DNA of 29,406 nucleotides, taken from the IMG/VR virus record IMGVR_UViG_3300044724_000096, positions 1 to 29,406 of that record; one strand, 5' to 3'. A program made the position numbers and the translations under genes. The notes under the pieces are model-generated. The model saw nothing but the letters and a program-made list of their open reading frames with translations. It was not told where the DNA came from and made no database searches. Shown one piece after another: positions 8,501 through 15,811 of this stretch (its first letter is position 1; the number at the start of each line of letters is the position of its first letter). This DNA comes from a virus (taxonomy: Duplodnaviria; Caudoviricetes).

Positions 8501-8988
8501 CAGAGGCAATGGCGCAAAGGAGTTTTGCTTTTGGCAGTTACGCTAAATCTGACAGCATAGGTAAATTTGCATTTAGTAACCAACGTCTAAGTTCTGCTGG
8601 GGACTCACAAGCTGGTTTGTTTGTTCTTAGAGCATCAACAACCAATGCAACTGCAACTGTTTTAGCAACTGATAGTGGGGGGACACCTACTACCGAACAA
8701 ATTATTGTCCCTACAGACGCAGCATACGCATTTCACGGCACAATCGTTGCCAAGCAGTCTGGTTCTGCCAATGCAGCGGCATGGAAGGTAGAGGGCTTGA
8801 TCGTAAACAACGGTGGCACGACAACGCTTATTAACTCTGCGACGACAGTGCTAGACAACACCCCATCTTGGGGCATGGCGTTAAGTGCAGACAACACAAA
8901 TAATGCACTAGCAATCACGGTCACTGGTGCAGCCGTTAACATTCGCTGGGTCGCTACGATCCATACATCTGAAGTAACTTACGCCTAA
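5527..8988 (+). CDS. Long tail fibre / adhesin with YadA-like head repeats
   Basis: 1153 aa, Ala/Ser/Gly/Thr-rich. Many approximately 14-aa repeats of type (A/S)xAIGxxAxAxG. N-terminal anchor [11 protein letters not shown] and a distinct C-terminal domain. Confidence 0.85.
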   Translation: MAVLKNRAKMSTSTTGTGTITLGSALSGYQSFAAAGVSNGDQVRYTIQDGTSWELGLGTYTASGTTLSRTPSESSSGGSAISLSGNAEVFITAAAEDILQPSNNLSDLANASTSRTNLGVAIGSDVQAYSSVLDATTASYTTALNTKLGGIETGADVTDAGNVNPLVDAHINVSGASSGQYLNWNGSDYAWGSIDTSTLMPKTGGTFTGDVIYQGSNANIEFDVSNDAMEVKDNARIIVGNGDDMMLYHNGTNYIDLYGNTYIRNTKADSYTFLEADNGSGSPTPYVTLNGVTGEVQLSHYGSQKLATKSTGVQTTGTVNVNGAYTLPTSDGAAGTALVTNGSGALSFSAVGAALYDANESSPAAQPSATGANAIAIGDSATATSDDDVAIGINANATANGSSPSLALGRDANATSGGIAIGNFTDATGTYGTAIGTSADATSINASALGNDAKGAGSDAVALGKSRASGSYSLAGAIANNTSSYGATGAYSVALGYLAKSTGLNAMSFGEGAIASGNDSLALSDATASANNSIAIGVGASASQSSAIAIGKSANSAHENSVAIGKNAVTTASNQITLGDATATVRISETYTLPTSDGSANQVLTTNGSGVVSFADAAGADLYAENYDGSSTKPTATGTNSVSIGRLATASGATSFAAGNGAEASGLQSVSIGYQHSSNPTGEGAASYGRNSNAAAPYSTAIGADSVAAGSNSFATALTKSYASGASSFAAAIASNSSSYGARGANSVAMGYLSDTGSSANGSISIGYQSSTSGSYSIAMGYQSDATQIGAIAAGYSATSSNAYTTAIGYFSTASGSYSIALGKSTTASGNYSTALGASSSSQSANATGSGSVAIGGALASGSNSTAINIGSSSSNGATGASSVAIGTSANASHAGAAALGYQAKAQNNYALALGDQALANGTNATAIQESYAGGTDAFAANITTNSSVYGANGTQGIAIGALARASSTEVIAIGPSTRTNANAAVAIGSYSEAMAQRSFAFGSYAKSDSIGKFAFSNQRLSSAGDSQAGLFVLRASTTNATATVLATDSGGTPTTEQIIVPTDAAYAFHGTIVAKQSGSANAAAWKVEGLIVNNGGTTTLINSATTVLDNTPSWGMALSADNTNNALAITVTGAAVNIRWVATIHTSEVTYA

Positions 8989-8999
8989 AGGAGAAACTA

Positions 9000-9305
9000 A
9001 TGGCTATTCAACATAATATCGCAGAAGGTGCCTCTCAATACGGCATCGCATTCAACAACGCTTACTACCGCATCGTGACAGCGGCTGTGTCACGCCAACG
9101 TGGAACTGATCCAAAGTTCTCAGTAATGATTGACTTGAGTGCATATGCTACAAGCTCACCTAACGATGACACTCGTGAGGTAGACTTTAAACGCTACAGT
9201 GCAAACCTCACAGATGTAGAAGCAAAATCTGGTTCTACTTTTCTCGATAAGTGTTATGCTTGGGTCATGGACCAAGACGATATGGACGGATCAACGGCGG
9301 TATAA
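9000..9305 (+). CDS. Putative tail fibre assembly chaperone / tip protein
   Basis: SD AAAGGAG. 101 aa directly downstream of the fibre gene. Function is inferred from synteny. Confidence 0.55.
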   Translation: MAIQHNIAEGASQYGIAFNNAYYRIVTAAVSRQRGTDPKFSVMIDLSAYATSSPNDDTREVDFKRYSANLTDVEAKSGSTFLDKCYAWVMDQDDMDGSTAV

Positions 9306-9308
9306 ACT

Positions 9309-9545
9309 ATGTCATTAACCATCAATCACCAGACTAACGACATCTCTGCAACTAGCGGGTCCATGACGATTGATGGGAACGCTTTAGGTGCTAGTAGTGG
9401 TGTGTTTTACGAAAACAACACGAACGTAACGGCAGATTACACTATTACGTCTGGCAAAAACGCTATGTCTGCGGGACCAATTACGATAGACAATGGTGTA
9501 ACTGTAACGGTTCCTTCGGGGTCAGCTTGGACGGTGGTAACATGA
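9309..9545 (+). CDS. Small fibre adaptor protein
   Basis: 78 aa made mostly of FYENNTNVTADYTITSGKNAMSAGPITIDNGVTVTVPSGSAWT, a segment I recognise from C-termini of marine phage fibre proteins. Confidence 0.65.
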   Translation: MSLTINHQTNDISATSGSMTIDGNALGASSGVFYENNTNVTADYTITSGKNAMSAGPITIDNGVTVTVPSGSAWTVVT

Positions 9546-10699
9546 CGTTAAAAGTAGATACAATTATCAACGTGGCAGGCACAGGCGCACCGAACATTCC
9601 TGACGGGGTAACTATAGCAGGTACAGCGTTAGCCTCTGTTCCTCAGATGCAGTACGTGGCTTCTGGTTCAGAGCCGTCTTCTCCAGAAAATGGTGAGCTT
9701 TGGTTTAATACGTCAAGCAACGAGTTTAAAATGTACGTTAACGGAGCTTGGTATAAGATAGATGCAACGCCACCACCCCCTCCATTTTTAGGGGACCGAG
9801 GAGTATTTGCAGAGGGGGTTGATGCCTCTGGAAACAATCCCGGACTAATGGATTACGTTACAATATCAACCACAGGGAATGCTACTAATTTTGGGCAGCT
9901 AAGTCTTAGGAATGAGTTTTCTGAAATGGCTGGGTGCTTTGGACTTTCGGGTGATGGTTCGTCAAGAGGAGTGTTTGCAGGTGGTACATTAAACGACAGT
10001 GCTGGGACTAGCAACCAAACAAACGACATCGAATACATAACCTTTGCTACGACAGGTAATGGAACAACTTTTGGCGATTTGACGCAAGCAAGGTACGAGG
10101 GAGCTTCTGTGTCTAGTGGTACTCGTGGTTGTTTTATTGGCGGTGCGTCTATTAATACAGCACAAAACATTATCGACTACATTACTATTGCTACGACAGG
10201 AAACGCTACAGATTTTGGGGATACGTCTGTAGCAACAAGATTTAATGCTGGGGTGTCTTCGGAAACAAGGGGTGTTTACGGCGGTGTTAGCTCTAATGGG
10301 ACTGGCACTTCTTTAGAATATATTACTATTGCTACGACAGGAAATGCTACCAGTTTTGGGGCTCTTACCGTTGGAAGTAGAGCGCGTTTGGCTGCTTGTT
10401 CTGATGGCTCTAGGGGTGTGTTTGCAGGGGGCGATAGTAGCTCAACAGCTACTTCTAATGTAATAGATTACATTACCATCGACACTACAGGAAACGCTAC
10501 AGATTTCGGAGATTTAAACGTTGCTACAGACGAACACGCAGCTTGTGCAAACACAACTCGCGGACTGTTTGGTGGAGGGCATACATCTGTTTATACTAAC
10601 GCTATAAGTTACATAACAATTCAAACCACTGGAAACTCTGCGGATTTTGGCGACCTAACGGTAGCTAGGTTCAAATTAACTGCCGCGTCAGGAGCATAG
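9542..10699 (+). CDS. Beta-propeller-like repeat protein 1 (putative receptor-binding)
   Basis: ATG 9542 overlaps the previous stop (ATGA). Six repeats of about 47-55 aa with consensus IDYITIATTGNATDFGDL...RGVFxGG. Confidence 0.78.
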   Translation: MTLKVDTIINVAGTGAPNIPDGVTIAGTALASVPQMQYVASGSEPSSPENGELWFNTSSNEFKMYVNGAWYKIDATPPPPPFLGDRGVFAEGVDASGNNPGLMDYVTISTTGNATNFGQLSLRNEFSEMAGCFGLSGDGSSRGVFAGGTLNDSAGTSNQTNDIEYITFATTGNGTTFGDLTQARYEGASVSSGTRGCFIGGASINTAQNIIDYITIATTGNATDFGDTSVATRFNAGVSSETRGVYGGVSSNGTGTSLEYITIATTGNATSFGALTVGSRARLAACSDGSRGVFAGGDSSSTATSNVIDYITIDTTGNATDFGDLNVATDEHAACANTTRGLFGGGHTSVYTNAISYITIQTTGNSADFGDLTVARFKLTAASGA

Positions 10700-10701
10700 C
10701 A

Positions 10702-11787
10702 ATGAGTAAGTTTAACACGGCTAACATTGAAAACACTTCGGGTGGTGCTCCTGACTTTAGTCAAGGTCTAACTGTTGGCGGTACAGACATAAATACATTT
10801 GTCAATGCTACTGAGTATTATACAGGATCATCCACGCCTTCTTCTCCTGCAAACGGCGCTGTTTGGTATGACGGCACTAATACAAGGCAGTACGTTAATA
10901 ACGGCTGGTACATATTAACGGTGACGGCCCCACTTTTGTACCTTGGCGCTACGGCGGTGATTAATCTCGGGCAGTCTAAAAATCTTGACTATTACACAAT
11001 TCAAACCGCAGCAAATGCAGCGGATTTTGGAGATTTAACTGTAAGTAGGGGGTCAACAGGTTCTGCGTCAAACAGAATAATAGGTGTCTTTTACACGGGT
11101 GATATATCAGGAACGTCTCAAAACACGATTGACTACATTACATTTGCCACTCCGGGGAATGCCACGGATTTTGGAGACGCTATCGAGGCGTCTCAAAACA
11201 GTGCGGGCATGTCGGATGGGACGTATGGTGTTTTCGGGCCACTTGATGGCTTCTTTAGCTACCACATTGTGTATATTACATTTGCCACCCCGGGCAACTC
11301 TGTTGATTTTGGGAATCCAACTTCTAATCGTCGATATGCTGGTGCCTGTTCTGACGGGTCTAGGGGTGTCATGGCTGGCGGTCAATTCTTCACTCCAGAA
11401 AATACTATCGACTACATCACGATTGCGACTCCCGGTAACGCTACGGACTTTGGTGATCTGACTCAAACAACAGTGTATTTAGCCGCATGTAGTGATGCTA
11501 CTCGCGGAGTGTTTGGTGGGGGCCAACCCGGTAGTAGTGGTACTACCAATGTTATGTCTTACGTCACAATTCAAACTGCGGGAAATGCTACAGACTTTGG
11601 TGATTTAACGGTTGCTAGATCGGGGTTAGCTGCTGCGTCGGATGAAACTCGTGGTACTTTTGCCGGGGGGAATAGTAATTCAAGGGTCATAGACTACGTC
11701 ACGATTCAAACTACGGGCAATGCTACAGATTTTGGTGATTTAAGTCAAAGCCCTAGTTGGAAAATTAGTGGAACATCGGGAGGCTAA
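10702..11787 (+). CDS. Beta-propeller-like repeat protein 2
   Basis: 361 aa, six (I/L)DYxTxxTxGNATDFGD repeats, same N-terminal architecture as its neighbours. Confidence 0.78.
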   Translation: MSKFNTANIENTSGGAPDFSQGLTVGGTDINTFVNATEYYTGSSTPSSPANGAVWYDGTNTRQYVNNGWYILTVTAPLLYLGATAVINLGQSKNLDYYTIQTAANAADFGDLTVSRGSTGSASNRIIGVFYTGDISGTSQNTIDYITFATPGNATDFGDAIEASQNSAGMSDGTYGVFGPLDGFFSYHIVYITFATPGNSVDFGNPTSNRRYAGACSDGSRGVMAGGQFFTPENTIDYITIATPGNATDFGDLTQTTVYLAACSDATRGVFGGGQPGSSGTTNVMSYVTIQTAGNATDFGDLTVARSGLAAASDETRGTFAGGNSNSRVIDYVTIQTTGNATDFGDLSQSPSWKISGTSGG

Positions 11788-11789
11788 AA

Positions 11790-12884
11790 ATGAGCACTCT
11801 AAAAGTAGACTCTATTGAGAACGGCGGTAGCGCGGTAAATTTTACGACCAACGTACAGGCAGGGAATAGCTTTCCTAAACGCGAGTACTATGAGCAAGCG
11901 TATGAGCCTTCGGGGGCAAATAATGCGGCTGTTTGGTACGACACAACGAACAATGAGTTAAAGTTAAAAATAAATGGGTTTTGGTACGGTGTTACAGCCT
12001 CGGCTCCAATGGCTACAGGTAACAGAGCATTGGTTGGCGGGTCAAGCGGCACCCCCGGAAACAATGTTATTCAATACTATGACATTTCATCTACGGGTAA
12101 CGCTGTTGATTTTGGAGATTTATTAGGGAATTTAGAAAATGCACCGGCATGTTCTAGCGGGTCCATAGCTGTTTGGGGTGGTGGACGTTATGGCAGTGGC
12201 TCATTTCATAATGTTATACAGTTTGTAACCATTGGTACTTTAGGAAACGCAGCGGATTTTGGGGACTTAACGGTTGCTAGACAGGGGCTTGGAGCGGCAT
12301 CGAATATATCTAGGGGGCTTTTTGCAGGAGGTTACGACGGTAGTGCTACTGTAAATACGATTGATTTTATTACGTTTCCTACCGCAAATAATGCTACAGA
12401 TTTTGGAAATTTAGATGGCACTTACACATGGCTCACTGGTACGGCAAACCAAGTCCGAGCGCTTTTTAACAAAAGTGGTAGTGCTCCTGCCGAAATAGAT
12501 TATGTAACTATTGATACAGCAGGGAACGCGGCTGATTTTGGGAACTTGACTGTGGCAAGAACTACTACTGTGGGAGCCTTTTCTGACGACACAAGAGCGG
12601 TGTTCGGCGGCGGTTCAAACGCAGGCACTGGCGCAAAATTTAACACAATTGATTATTTTACTATAGCAACCACAGGGAACGCGACAGATTTTGGGGACTT
12701 AACCGCCGCCGCTTCTGGTATAGGAGGGTGCGCTAACGCGACTCGCGGGACATTTAATGGGGGAGTTGTGCCGCAATCGATAAATACAATACAATATGTG
12801 ACAATCCAAACACCGGGCAACGCTACGGATTTTGGAGATTTACTTGCGGGTAGGGGAGCACCTGCCGCGTGTTCGGGAGAATAA
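11790..12884 (+). CDS. Beta-propeller-like repeat protein 3
   Basis: SD GGAGG. 364 aa, starts MSTLKVDSIE, six GNAxDFG repeats. Confidence 0.78.
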   Translation: MSTLKVDSIENGGSAVNFTTNVQAGNSFPKREYYEQAYEPSGANNAAVWYDTTNNELKLKINGFWYGVTASAPMATGNRALVGGSSGTPGNNVIQYYDISSTGNAVDFGDLLGNLENAPACSSGSIAVWGGGRYGSGSFHNVIQFVTIGTLGNAADFGDLTVARQGLGAASNISRGLFAGGYDGSATVNTIDFITFPTANNATDFGNLDGTYTWLTGTANQVRALFNKSGSAPAEIDYVTIDTAGNAADFGNLTVARTTTVGAFSDDTRAVFGGGSNAGTGAKFNTIDYFTIATTGNATDFGDLTAAASGIGGCANATRGTFNGGVVPQSINTIQYVTIQTPGNATDFGDLLAGRGAPAACSGE

Positions 12885-12885
12885 T

Positions 12886-13704
12886 ATGAAAAGAGAACTA
12901 ACAACAACTGATGAAGTAACGTTTAGCTTACCAGCGGTATCTGCGGATAAAATTAACGCGGCGGCTGTAGCTAAAGTAAACCAGTATTTACCTGAGTTGG
13001 AACAAAAAACTCGGGCATTTGATCGTAATAATAGCCAACACACTTTGTCACTAATGACGTTGACTATGCTAAACGGGCAATCGCCTATGCGTATGATGCG
13101 TCAGGTGATGGCAGAAGTGGAAAAACGTAAAACAGCTTTGGCGGAGGCGCAGGTAAGCCACGCTAAGACCGTCCAAGAAATAGAAGAATTATCGACAAAA
13201 GATGATCCCGTGTCTATGGCAGAGCATCGGCAAAAACGTTTTAGTCTAGATATGCTAGAGTCAAAGATAAACGGCTCTTTTAAAGACATCGCTACGTTGA
13301 TTGACGCTTATGAAAACATCAAAGCTAAACATGGTATTGATGATTGGGACGAAGAGGCGTTTGAAAAAGAAGAAAAACGTCATCATGTTCGCCGTGGCTT
13401 TGAACTTATGTATCGTAATCTGCTTGATGGTGGTCGAGCCAGTACAGCTACAATTGAATACTTACAGCAGTATGGTGTCCACCCACAGGTATCATTGACT
13501 GAAGTAAGTGGGTACATTCAACATGTAACCACGCTTATTAAAGACGGCACAGTGCCTCACTCTAATGATCTGGAGAACTTTTTGGATCAAATGGCGGACA
13601 AATATTGCGCGAGCGTAGACATGACAGCAGAGCGTTTATTTGGTAAAACTGAGTTTACAAACACGGAGTACATGCTCCGACTGGAGGCAAAAGATGATTC
13701 TTGA
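12886..13704 (+). CDS. Alpha-helical / coiled-coil protein associated with the propeller cassette
   Basis: ATG 12886 follows GGGAGA and is preferred over 12832. The 272-aa protein is charged and helical (MRQVMAEVEKRKTALAEAQ; DWDEEAFEKEEKRHH). Confidence 0.72.
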   Translation: MKRELTTTDEVTFSLPAVSADKINAAAVAKVNQYLPELEQKTRAFDRNNSQHTLSLMTLTMLNGQSPMRMMRQVMAEVEKRKTALAEAQVSHAKTVQEIEELSTKDDPVSMAEHRQKRFSLDMLESKINGSFKDIATLIDAYENIKAKHGIDDWDEEAFEKEEKRHHVRRGFELMYRNLLDGGRASTATIEYLQQYGVHPQVSLTEVSGYIQHVTTLIKDGTVPHSNDLENFLDQMADKYCASVDMTAERLFGKTEFTNTEYMLRLEAKDDS

Positions 13705-13996
13705 ATATATGTTAATCCGTGAAGCTGGTGCCAAACGTGCACCGTCATGGGTAGAAGACGGTGGGTACTTTTCAAACCCCGACAACAACACGATAGTTGG
13801 GTGGTCCCCGGACCTTGCTGATCGAGACTACTATGTTCCTGACAGTGTCACGGAGCTTACTCGCGCTGAGTTGAAGACTAGAGTGCGTGGCATTGATGCT
13901 AACTACCCTATGTTAGACGATGAAGAAAATGAGTTGTCGGATTCTGCTATTGACGCGCTTGTAGACGCATGGTGTGACGACCACGGAGAGCCGTAA
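13694..13996 (+). CDS. Small acidic hypothetical protein
   Basis: ATG 13694 follows GGAGG. 100 aa, MILEYML...PSWVEDGGYF. Confidence 0.68.
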   Translation: MILEYMLIREAGAKRAPSWVEDGGYFSNPDNNTIVGWSPDLADRDYYVPDSVTELTRAELKTRVRGIDANYPMLDDEENELSDSAIDALVDAWCDDHGEP

Positions 13997-13999
13997 ACT

Positions 14000-14698
14000 A
14001 TGCTTGGATTCTCCCCACTAACGACGGCTCCGTTAGCGGCGGAGGATTCTACTACCTTTGTCCCTGTCTCAGGTTTAGTTGGAACAGGTGGCGTTGGCTC
14101 GGTTACGTTAGTTACAGACCAAAACATTTCTGTGACAGGGATTGCCGCGACAGGTGGCGTTGGCTCTGTTAGCATTACAGGGGAAGCGCAAGTTCCGGTC
14201 ACGGGTCTTGAGGCGACAACCGCCGTAAACGGTGTTACCGTTAAAACAGGGCACAGCATTCCTGTTTCCGGAGTGTCGGCAACAGGGCAAGTTGGCTCTG
14301 TTACTTTAGTTACGGACCAGAACATCTCCGTTGTCGGGATTGCCGCTACGGGCGGTGTCGGCTCAGTAACCATAGAAGGCGCAGCGTCTGTTCCTGTTAC
14401 GGGACTTGAAGCCACAGGTAACGTTGGCGGCGTCACAGTCAAAACAGACCAGATAGTTCCGGTCGTGGGCATAGCGGCAACAGGGGCGGTTGGTTCGCCT
14501 AGTATCCGAATCAACAGCGTTATTCCTATTGGCACTGTGGCCCCTGCACAGGGAGAGGTCGGGGATCCAACAATCACGGGTAACGCCGCGGTTTCCGTTA
14601 CTGGAGTTGCGGGTAGCGGTCGAACTGGAAACGTGCTAGTTTGGGGCAGAATTATACCAGACGACGATACGATCTGGACAGAAATCATAGCTGCATAG
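14000..14698 (+). CDS. 22-aa repeat structural protein (fibre/whisker-like)
   Basis: About nine 22-aa repeats of type VxVTGxxATGxVGSVT. N-terminus MLGFSPLTTAPLA, C-terminus VW...WTEI. Confidence 0.75.
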   Translation: MLGFSPLTTAPLAAEDSTTFVPVSGLVGTGGVGSVTLVTDQNISVTGIAATGGVGSVSITGEAQVPVTGLEATTAVNGVTVKTGHSIPVSGVSATGQVGSVTLVTDQNISVVGIAATGGVGSVTIEGAASVPVTGLEATGNVGGVTVKTDQIVPVVGIAATGAVGSPSIRINSVIPIGTVAPAQGEVGDPTITGNAAVSVTGVAGSGRTGNVLVWGRIIPDDDTIWTEIIAA

Positions 14699-14706
14699 GA
14701 AAGTAG

Positions 14707-15423
14707 ATGCCTAGTACATACGCAGATAACAGTGGTATAGAGCTTATTCGTAACGGCGAAAAGTCGGGTACATGGGGCACGATCACTAACACAAACTTGA
14801 ACATCATAGACCGTTTGACTAACGGCGTTGGTACTATTTCTCTTGCGGGTACTACGCATACGTTAAGCACGAACGATGGATCTCTGTCCCCGGGTCAATA
14901 CAAAGTGCTTGTTTTGTCGGGGTCACCTTCTGGAACTAACACCATTACTATCGATCCGAATGACGGTCAGCATGTTTACTTTGTTTACAATAACTCTGGG
15001 CAGTCTGCGGTGTTTTCGCAAGGCTCTGGTAGTAACGTCACCGTTCCAAATGGTCAGTCCAAAATTATCTATGCCGATGGAGCGGGTGCAGGGGCCGCGG
15101 TCAGTGACCTTACAACCAACTTTGCAATGGGCAATGTGTCCATAACCGGGGGCAGTGTAACTGGGATCACGGATCTTGCAATTGCAGACGGGGGCACTGG
15201 CGCAGGGACCGCCGCTGCGGCACGGACGAATCTTGGCGTGGTGATTGGCACAGATGTTCTGGCGTATGACGCAAACTTGCAAGCGTTTGTCGCGGCATTT
15301 ACCCTGCCGACCAGCGACGGTTCCGCAAATGAGACTTTGGTAACGAATGGGTCAGGCACCCTATCGTTTTCAGAAAGAGCAACAACAGGCAAGGCCGTAG
15401 CCTTCAGCCTTATTTTTGGTTAG
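14707..15423 (+). CDS. Tail fibre-type structural protein
   Basis: Starts MPSTY...GEKSGTWGTITNTNL, contains DLAIADGGTGA and TLPTSDG fibre motifs, ends GKAVAFSLIFG. Confidence 0.72.
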   Translation: MPSTYADNSGIELIRNGEKSGTWGTITNTNLNIIDRLTNGVGTISLAGTTHTLSTNDGSLSPGQYKVLVLSGSPSGTNTITIDPNDGQHVYFVYNNSGQSAVFSQGSGSNVTVPNGQSKIIYADGAGAGAAVSDLTTNFAMGNVSITGGSVTGITDLAIADGGTGAGTAAAARTNLGVVIGTDVLAYDANLQAFVAAFTLPTSDGSANETLVTNGSGTLSFSERATTGKAVAFSLIFG

Positions 15424-15433
15424 GAGATAGAAC

Positions 15434-15808
15434 ATGACCGCGCCGAACATTGTAAACATCACATCGATGCTGGGGAAGACGGACACTACCAGCCTTACCA
15501 CAACGAGTGCCACCTCGGTTTTAGAAAACGCTGTCGGCTCAAACAAAGTGCTGCGGATTACGTTAGTTCGGGTTGTCAACGTGGATGGGACCAACTCCGC
15601 TGACGCAACCATTTCGTACTACACACAAGACAATTTGGGCGGCACGGCAATGGAACTAGTGCAGGCTAAGAGTGTTGCAGCAAACACCTTCCTTGATGTT
15701 GTCACGAAAGATACGCCTATCTACTTAGAGGAAGACAAGTCTTTGGGTGCCACGGCTAGTGCGGCGAATGATCTAAAAATTATCGTAACTTACGAAGAGA
15801 TTACATGA
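15434..15808 (+). CDS. Small tail-associated protein
   Basis: SD AGGAG. 124 aa, MTAPNIVN...IYLEEDKSL...VTYEEIT. Confidence 0.7.
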   Translation: MTAPNIVNITSMLGKTDTTSLTTTSATSVLENAVGSNKVLRITLVRVVNVDGTNSADATISYYTQDNLGGTAMELVQAKSVAANTFLDVVTKDTPIYLEEDKSLGATASAANDLKIIVTYEEIT

Positions 15809-15811
15809 TAA

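Noticed and set aside
5527-8988. Bacterial trimeric autotransporter adhesin (host gene)
   Set aside because: It has no signal peptide or C-terminal YadA membrane anchor, carries phage fibre motifs, and sits in a virion operon.
9542-12884. Diversity-generating retroelement or CRISPR-like array suggested by the regular repeats
   Set aside because: The repeats are in-frame protein repeats with synonymous variation. There is no reverse transcriptase, no adenine-specific TR/VR pair and no cas gene in the window.
13903-14859. 318-aa minus-strand ORF
   Set aside because: It is the antisense shadow of the Gly/Val/Thr repeat gene, whose codon bias suppresses stop codons on the opposite strand.
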